A stretch of 61,539 nt of DNA, the filler included, from Stramenopiles sp. TOSAG23-3 (lineage: Eukaryota): assembly GCA_900128585.1 (NCBI GenBank). It is 15 parts of 15 records of this genome, joined end to end, with 100 filler letters (N's around TTAATTAATTAA, not from the genome) between each part and the next. Parts side by side here need not be neighbours in the genome. Positions count along the whole stretch, not along the records: positions 53,450 to 57,444 come from LT643999.1; positions 57,545 to 61,539 come from LT644000.1; 13 more parts are not named here. The stretch is one strand, 5' to 3'. The notes beneath the pieces are model-generated. The model made no database searches, was not told the DNA's origin, and was given only the letters and a program-made list of their open reading frames with translations. A program made the position numbers and the translations under genes. Below, piece after piece: positions 55,014 to 61,539 of the stretch; the first letter of the stretch is position 1, and each line of letters begins with the position of its first letter.

Positions 55014-57002
55014 TTACGGGTCTTTTTTGTCCTTTCTAAGCCCAAGGGTATCCCCAATGATGCCTTTCGCATCTTCAAAGTTCTTTTCGACCTGTTCAAC
55101 TGTTTTTTCGACCTTCTCTTTCACCTCATCGGCATCCGGGATGGCGTCTTTGACTTTGCCTGCCACTTCTTCAATGTCGGGGATGACTTCTTCTGCAATC
55201 TCCGTGACAGCTTCTTGGACATCCTCCGACGAGGGGATGACAGAGTACGCACTGTCGTTAAACGTGACAAAATATTTCATGGCCCCGCGGCACATATCAA
55301 ACTCTGGGTCGAGCTGGCGTATCAGCCCCTCGCTGATGCTTATTGTCAGCAGCGTAGAGGCCACGTCCCCGCGCAATGCCACCCCGTACTTTTGCATGCT
55401 GAACAGAATGCCCCCCATCAGGTCGCCGATGCTTATCGGCCCCCCATCCGGGGCTTTCGGGGCGGTCAAAGGGATCGAGGAGCGTTCCCCAACCCAGGTG
55501 TCCACCTGCTTCACGATCGCCCCCCGGAACGCTGTTATGTCCACCTTCGTATGGGAATCGTTAAATTCTATTAGCCTGCTCATGATCCCATCCACGTCCC
55601 CCATGATCATGCTGTACAAAAACTGCGAGAAAGACCTGGCTACGTCGTCCGGCAAGGACACGGTCAGCCCGGCGTCAAGGACCGTCAGGACCGCCTCCTC
55701 CCCGCCAACACCGCCCTCGCAGAACAAGAGGTTGCCCCCATGCATGTCCCCGTGGACAAAGTTGTCCCGCAAAAACATTTTCATGTTGATGTCGAATATC
55801 TTTTTTGCTAACTCTTTCTTCAACTGCATGTTGACGTCGTTGCGCTTTTTGCCGGAGACGGTCCAACCGTTCATCCCGTCGTTGTCAATGACAGAGAACA
55901 TTTCAGACAAAGGCTTCCCTTTCGCAAACGACATCACCAAAACGCACTCCGATATCAGATCTGGAGATATTTGAGGGAAACGGACCACCCCATCGAAGGT
56001 TTCCTCCCGAAAGTTCGTTGCGAAATTGGTCATGTTGAACGCTTCCCATTCAAAGTCCATCTGCTTTTGTAGCGTTTTCAGGAACGAATCTTTGTTGAAC
56101 GGGATGGTCAGGAAAGGCAGCAACTTCATTGCAATAAAAATGATCTCTATGTCCATGAACGACTCGTCTAATATTTTCGGGTGGCGTATCTTGACTGCTA
56201 CGTTTTGTTCCCCCCCTTCCAGCGCGTACTGCGGGCGAAGCCGGGCTTTGTAAACCTGCGCAACGGAGCCGCTCGCCAGCGGCTCTTCGCTAAACTCTTC
56301 AAACAGCTGCTCAATCTCACAGCCGAACGACGACCGAATCATGATCTTGGTGTCCTCGAAGGGATGGACTTTCGCATCGTCGCACAAGGTCGCCAGCGCC
56401 TCTATGACCCTTGGAGAAAAAATGTCCGGTCGCATGGACAGCCATTGCCCAAACTTCTGAAATGTCATGCCGCACGATTCCAGCGTGCGCACTGTCAAGC
56501 TCAGCGCATAATTTTCTAACCATTCGAACTTGAATACCGTGGCGAGCAGGGACATAAACGTCGCGGGGGTCCACATGTACGCCAAATAGATTCCGCGCTT
56601 GATGCAGAAAACCACCTTCTCCCACTTCGCCCATGCATTGTATGGGTGCTGAAACTCGTCCTTCGGGGGCTCAATGAGGACAATGTTGACAGGAGCCGCA
56701 TCGGGATCCTTGTACGTTTTGTAAACAATGTACGTTCCCGTGGCAAAGGACGCTGCCCCCAAAATCGTCGACAGCAAATACCTCGAGTGCTTCTCGTTCG
56801 CTAGCTTTTGCTCCGCCATGGATAACTGAGACACGCGCCTCCTAGCGCTACGCTGTGACAATCGTTGGGCACCATGGCGTATCGTGTGCCGAACAAACGG
56901 GATCGATGAGTACGACTGCACTCGCACGGGTGCACTGCGATGGTGTCTCGCAAAAGCACCAGGCACGTTCGGCCGCAAGAGCCTACAACTACGGAGGAAC
57001 AT
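55014..57002 (-). CDS. ABC1/UbiB atypical kinase (ADCK2-like), probably mitochondrial
   Basis: KFGQWLSMRPD, ASGSVAQVYKA, VAVKIRHP, NFVHGDMHGGN, LDAG; Arg-rich presequence from ATG 57002. Confidence 0.9.
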   Translation of the reverse strand: MFLRSCRLLRPNVPGAFARHHRSAPVRVQSYSSIPFVRHTIRHGAQRLSQRSARRRVSQLSMAEQKLANEKHSRYLLSTILGAASFATGTYIVYKTYKDPDAAPVNIVLIEPPKDEFQHPYNAWAKWEKVVFCIKRGIYLAYMWTPATFMSLLATVFKFEWLENYALSLTVRTLESCGMTFQKFGQWLSMRPDIFSPRVIEALATLCDDAKVHPFEDTKIMIRSSFGCEIEQLFEEFSEEPLASGSVAQVYKARLRPQYALEGGEQNVAVKIRHPKILDESFMDIEIIFIAMKLLPFLTIPFNKDSFLKTLQKQMDFEWEAFNMTNFATNFREETFDGVVRFPQISPDLISECVLVMSFAKGKPLSEMFSVIDNDGMNGWTVSGKKRNDVNMQLKKELAKKIFDINMKMFLRDNFVHGDMHGGNLLFCEGGVGGEEAVLTVLDAGLTVSLPDDVARSFSQFLYSMIMGDVDGIMSRLIEFNDSHTKVDITAFRGAIVKQVDTWVGERSSIPLTAPKAPDGGPISIGDLMGGILFSMQKYGVALRGDVASTLLTISISEGLIRQLDPEFDMCRGAMKYFVTFNDSAYSVIPSSEDVQEAVTEIAEEVIPDIEEVAGKVKDAIPDADEVKEKVEKTVEQVEKNFEDAKGIIGDTLGLRKDKKDP

Positions 57003-58104
57003 GTTTATCAACAACTAACTGCACGTCCCCAATTCTTGAAAAGAAAAAAATACTTTTTAACCAATGTACCGTATCTTCAAGGTGTCGCTCGTTCAATCAC
57101 AATTTGTTCACCTTTGACTCGCACGAAAAGTCTGTGGAACACAAACTCCAGTTTCTTTTTTTTCAAGATCATGCATCTATCAGTTTTATCAGTTACCAGA
57201 GGTACCCCACCGCCGGTACAGGTAGTATTTTTTGTCACCTACTCTATTGTGTCTTCCTGTTCAATGTATGGCAGTTATTAAACTAATTAAAATAATAAAT
57301 TCATCAAACTTCTTCATTATTCCTCACAACAAAATATATATATAATATATAATAGGACATATATTATTAAGAATACAAAACAATCTGGAATTGAATGAAT
57401 GAAACAATGGAATATTTCATAGTCTATTTTTTGTTTTCTGTTTTNNNNNNNNNNNNNNNNNNNNNNNNNNNNNNNNNNNNNNNNNNNNTTAATTAATTAA
57501 NNNNNNNNNNNNNNNNNNNNNNNNNNNNNNNNNNNNNNNNNNNNTCCTTTTCACTTTTCGTTCAATATAAAAGAATGGAATTGGTTGATCTATATATAAA
57601 ATATAAATGTTTCGATTCGTTTTTGTTGTCGTTTCGTTTCGTTTCTTTTCTTTCTTGAAACCAATAAATCTTTCTCTATCTCTCTCTAATTAATTTTAAT
57701 TAAATCGTTTCGTATTTCTTTCTTCTTCTCCTTTCTTTTTTTATTATTTTTAATTCTTCTTTTTTTTTCTTCTTCTTAATTATAATAATAATGGTATTTC
57801 TATGTTATTTATTATTATTAAAAAAGAAGAGAACAGGATTTTATATAAAATTAAATTATTCTTGTATACTGTGTACCTGTTATTTATTTAATTACATTTA
57901 AATAATCTATTTTAAAAAAAGAAGATGAAGCCCCTTTAAACCCTAACATATAACACTATGTATGGCAAATTAATTCAATTCCTTCTCCTTCTCCTTCAAC
58001 CCAATTGATTCCTCTGTTGTTATTAAAATTATAATAATATATTTGACTTCCAATTTTTATGCCCTCCTCTTTTGACGCGATTAAAGTTTCTATGACTGCT
58101 ACTC

Positions 58105-59679
58105 CTACCATTCAAACGTTTCGCAGTGAAAGTGTACCCTATGGCCCGATTGCACGCCGGCTGCACTTTCTTTATAAGCTTCGTTAACGTCGTCTTTCAT
58201 GCTACTGGGACCACATACTAAGATTCCGGTCATTCCACCACGCTTCGTATTTTCAACGGCGTTCTTGACGTACCAGTTTAGGTCTGGGCGAGAGAAGGCA
58301 ACGTTATTCCCCACCCATTGCTCAAAATGTGCGCTGTCTTCCTTTTTCACGCCCGCCCTGTAATCATCAGATTCAAGGTCTCCCGATGCACTTGTCAAGT
58401 GAATTTTCACTGCCGCCGGTGAATGCAACAAAAAAGGCAAGCAATGTTTCACGAGCTCTTTATCTCTCACGCTCCAGATCAAAGACCACTTCTTGCTTAC
58501 GGAGGGGTGGTTCAACATCGCCAAAAAGGGTGTTACGCCGATTCCACCGGCCACCATCACAACACAGTCGTACCGGCTTATGACAAAGGGTAAAGACAAG
58601 GCCCCGTACGGCCCGTCGACGACAACTCTAATTCGTTTGCCACCATGCGACTTGAGTCCTTTGAGCAGACGATCCGACCACCGCCCTGCAACCCCAGAGC
58701 GTTTCACCAGAACATCAAATTCAGAGTTGCTGCAACAAGCATTGGCCACCAACCCTTCGGTGTCCCCATACTGTTCCCTAGCAGGGGAACCCTGTGCGAC
58801 TGGGACCAATGTCAATGGTTTCAGTTCATATTTTGACAAGGCAGGGATTCCCAAAAATACGTACTGGCCCAGTTTGTACGATCGCAAAGGGGCTTCGAAG
58901 CGTAGACGAAGCACAGCTATGTCTTTCCCTATTAATTCTGGCCCTTTGCAAACATACGCGCCTGGAAATTTCCCGTACATGTTGTAGCACCGAAACAACA
59001 AATCTACCGAAAGTAGAGCCAATGGCACGAACAGCTTGGCGAAAAGCTCCTCTCCTTTGTAGTGCCAACGAAGCGAGAGGAGGTAAATTGGGAGCGCAGT
59101 TAAATGCATAACGCGGAACAGATTGTACCTTTTTCGTCGAACAATATCTCGCGCAAAAAATAGAGTCCCCCAGCTGGTCAAAAGCGCAAGAAACCCATAA
59201 AAATTCTTTGGCTTGCTGAGGGCTTCGTACACGCCTACGTTTCCAAAGAAAAGCCATTTTGCCAAAAAGAAAATGCCATGCACACTGCTGCCAAGAATCA
59301 AGACGTACTTGGATAAAAATTTATGCCACCATATTGCTCGCTCAAACGAGCTGCCTAAAATGAAATGAAAAATAGAATTTTTTGTCAACGGCAGAAACAG
59401 GAGAGAAAGTACCCAGTGCAAAGGCGACCCCAGCTTTTGGGCAAACTTCTTAGTGCGGTAAAGCAGCGGCGTGCACTTGGCAACGGATTTCCTGGAACTG
59501 CAGTATTCTAAATCAAGGTACGAGCGCGACTCAAACGTAGCGAGATACACGATAAGGAAAAAGAGGCCACCCAGCCCTATATTGAGATAACTCCAATTGT
59601 ATTTCCCAAAATACAAGCGCCTTGTTTCCAACGTCGACCACTGCTCAGACATTCGTTTGTTTTTTTGATACAGGACCAT
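58105..59679 (-). CDS. Ferric reductase / NADPH-oxidase-like transmembrane oxidoreductase
   Basis: Paired heme His (WWHK...VHG; MHL...WHY), GQYVFL, VDGPYG, VAGGIGVTP, WSVR, CGP, FHCETFEW. Confidence 0.9.
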   Translation of the reverse strand: MVLYQKNKRMSEQWSTLETRRLYFGKYNWSYLNIGLGGLFFLIVYLATFESRSYLDLEYCSSRKSVAKCTPLLYRTKKFAQKLGSPLHWVLSLLFLPLTKNSIFHFILGSSFERAIWWHKFLSKYVLILGSSVHGIFFLAKWLFFGNVGVYEALSKPKNFYGFLALLTSWGTLFFARDIVRRKRYNLFRVMHLTALPIYLLSLRWHYKGEELFAKLFVPLALLSVDLLFRCYNMYGKFPGAYVCKGPELIGKDIAVLRLRFEAPLRSYKLGQYVFLGIPALSKYELKPLTLVPVAQGSPAREQYGDTEGLVANACCSNSEFDVLVKRSGVAGRWSDRLLKGLKSHGGKRIRVVVDGPYGALSLPFVISRYDCVVMVAGGIGVTPFLAMLNHPSVSKKWSLIWSVRDKELVKHCLPFLLHSPAAVKIHLTSASGDLESDDYRAGVKKEDSAHFEQWVGNNVAFSRPDLNWYVKNAVENTKRGGMTGILVCGPSSMKDDVNEAYKESAAGVQSGHRVHFHCETFEW

Positions 59680-60370
59680 GCTGAACTATCCAACCATTAC
59701 TATGTTAAAACATCAAATTACACAAATGCCTAGTCTGTAATAAATTCAATCGTTTCGTCGTCTTCGGCGACAAAGAAATTACCTACACTGAAACAGTCAC
59801 TCACCTCATCTTGCCACTTAAACTAAAATTTCAAAAACAAACAAACACAATTCCAAATATAATTGCGACTAATAATGTGGTTTCTCTTCTTCTCTTTTTT
59901 TTTTCCTTCTTCTTTTTTATTATTATTATACCAAAAAAGACATATATAGGCAATATGTACTTGTATTATCTTTTAGACATAGAGTAAATGAACGTTTATA
60001 GGGGAAATACTTTTATATATTAGTAGTGTATAATAAATACAAGTACGTTTATTAGCATATTTTATATAGGAAGATCTGGTTGATAACATCATTTACAGGT
60101 AATAGCATGAAACAATTAGAAAATTACTACAAAAAAAACACCGGCCGACCGCCACACAACGAACCAACTGCCTCCCGGATAATAATTTACTACTCTTCTG
60201 TGTAAGTTTTATATTGTTTCGTAAGAATATTTTGTGATTCTTACTACTCCCTCGGATGAATATTGAAGAAAATAAGGCGGATAGGCAACCAACCGAGTGG
60301 TGTGTGCTTAGTTGTGTGTGATATATTTTTAAAACCGTAGGCGTTCCCACTGGATTATACGGCTGTACCA

Positions 60371-61539
60371 ATGTTGCCGCTCTCCGACCAGGAACGGGAA
60401 TACTTTAGTAGGCTCTTTGGCGTTGCGAAGAGCGGGATAGTAACTGGGACGCTTGGAGGGAAACTTGCCGTTGCTTTTTTGGTCAACAGTGGTCTCGATC
60501 GAGGCATTTTGCGCACGATCTGGTCTATATCTGTTCAGAACCAGCAGGTACAGGCCCTTGATTTCGATGGGTTTTCGCGGGCCATGAGACTGGTGGGCCT
60601 GGCACAGAACGGCCAACCACCGCAACCTGGGCTTCTTGGGGCCACTACAACGTTCCCCCTTCCTACTTTTCGAGGGATCCCGGTAGCATCGCCACCCCAA
60701 TCCAGCGCTCCAATGCCCGCGGCATCGCAACAGCACCCATTCGAGAATACGTACGCACTTGCGAAAATTCGTTGGCGACCAACAACAAGCCAAATAGAAG
60801 ATAGTAGGGCCATGTTGCAGAAAATTGCCCTTCCGCAAGGCGCAGCAGTGGTTGGTGGAAGAGAAGCTGTAACATTTTTCCGGCAAAGTGGGTTGCCAAA
60901 CCCTATTTTGAAATCAATTTGGAGCCTAGCTAGCCTTCGGCAACAGGGTACACTGAACATTGAAGAGTTCACGTTAGCAATACGATTGGTTCAATTAGCA
61001 TTGAATTCCAAGCCTGTTACGGTCGATTCATTGAATGCCCATGCTGCTGCTACATTCCCAAAGGCAAACTTTCTGCCCCCAAGCACTGTTGGAGAGGGTA
61101 AAGGCAAGCCGGTGGACGCCGTGTCCTCTTCTAACCAAACCCTAGAGAAGCCAGGGACAAACTCAGGCACCCAATCGGTACCCCAGAGAGATATTTCTCA
61201 GATTGAAAAAGGGGACAAAGTTTACTATACGAAGACATCCGGAACAGACGTGTTAGAAATACTGAAGTTGCACCCTGGGCCACCAGCAACCCCGGAATCT
61301 TATACCGCCATTGTTCGAAGCTCTTATGACCCCGCAAGGATTGGTCGAGAGCTAAATGTGCTGTACAAGAGTCCAAAGCTTTCCTATACTCCTCCAGAAG
61401 CCAAACCACAACTGAACAAGGCAAACGAAGAAACGGGCGAAGGGAAGATTCAACCTGCTCCGGGCAACAATAACTCGACTGGGATGGACGCGTTTGCGTC
61501 CCTTATGCCCTCTTTGCCGGAACCGTCTGTCCAAATGAA
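60371..61539 (+). CDS. EH-domain (Eps15 homology) endocytic adaptor, two EH domains, 3'-truncated; absent from the ORF track
   Basis: Manual translation from ATG 60371 is open to the window end: LGGKLAVAFLVNSGLDRGILRTIWSIS...FSRAMRLV and VGGREAVTFFRQSGLPNPILKSIWSLAS...LNIEEFTLAIRLV. Confidence 0.88.
   Translation, partial: MLPLSDQEREYFSRLFGVAKSGIVTGTLGGKLAVAFLVNSGLDRGILRTIWSISVQNQQVQALDFDGFSRAMRLVGLAQNGQPPQPGLLGATTTFPLPTFRGIPVASPPQSSAPMPAASQQHPFENTYALAKIRWRPTTSQIEDSRAMLQKIALPQGAAVVGGREAVTFFRQSGLPNPILKSIWSLASLRQQGTLNIEEFTLAIRLVQLALNSKPVTVDSLNAHAAATFPKANFLPPSTVGEGKGKPVDAVSSSNQTLEKPGTNSGTQSVPQRDISQIEKGDKVYYTKTSGTDVLEILKLHPGPPATPESYTAIVRSSYDPARIGRELNVLYKSPKLSYTPPEAKPQLNKANEETGEGKIQPAPGNNNSTGMDAFASLMPSLPEPSVQM

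Noticed and set aside
1-61539. Operon-like or functional clustering across the window; tRNA/rRNA genes
   Set aside because: Contigs are unlinked, so adjacency across linkers is meaningless; no tRNA or rRNA was recognised by eye.

Overview
Eukaryotic (protist-type) nuclear DNA, and not one contiguous locus. It is 15 unrelated contigs of about 4.0 kb (4022 down to 3995 bp, sorted by length) joined by artificial 100-bp N44-TTAATTAATTAA-N44 linkers, so gene neighbourhoods across linkers are meaningless. Genes are compact and essentially intronless, with variable GC, separated by very AT-rich, GAA/GAAA-rich spacers. A flagellated microbial eukaryote MAG/SAG (possibly a stramenopile) is an inference only. 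Recognisable genes: GPH-family MFS transporter, Tim50, FHA protein, GAF protein, cytosolic SerRS, CENP-E-like kinesin-7, CDIN1/C15orf41, 2OG-Fe(II) oxygenase, GH78 rhamnosidase, Leo1, CAP-Gly/DH protein, UvrD/Srs2-like helicase, methyltransferase, FAM149, DM14-repeat protein, HSPA13-like Hsp70, ABC1 kinase, ferric reductase and an EH-domain protein missing from the ORF track. Most notable unexplained signals: (1) a conserved ~45-nt non-coding element downstream of genes on four independent contigs; (2) contig 2, where an orphan ORF lies between a ~250-nt foldback and three tandem ~110-nt hairpin units; (3) an FHA protein with a divergent forkhead-like domain; (4) a helicase contig with perfect 79-bp terminal inverted repeats; (5) a possible 22-nt intron in a Par3/HAL-N + GAF + EF-hand-like protein. 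Family assignments come from recalled motifs, not database searches.
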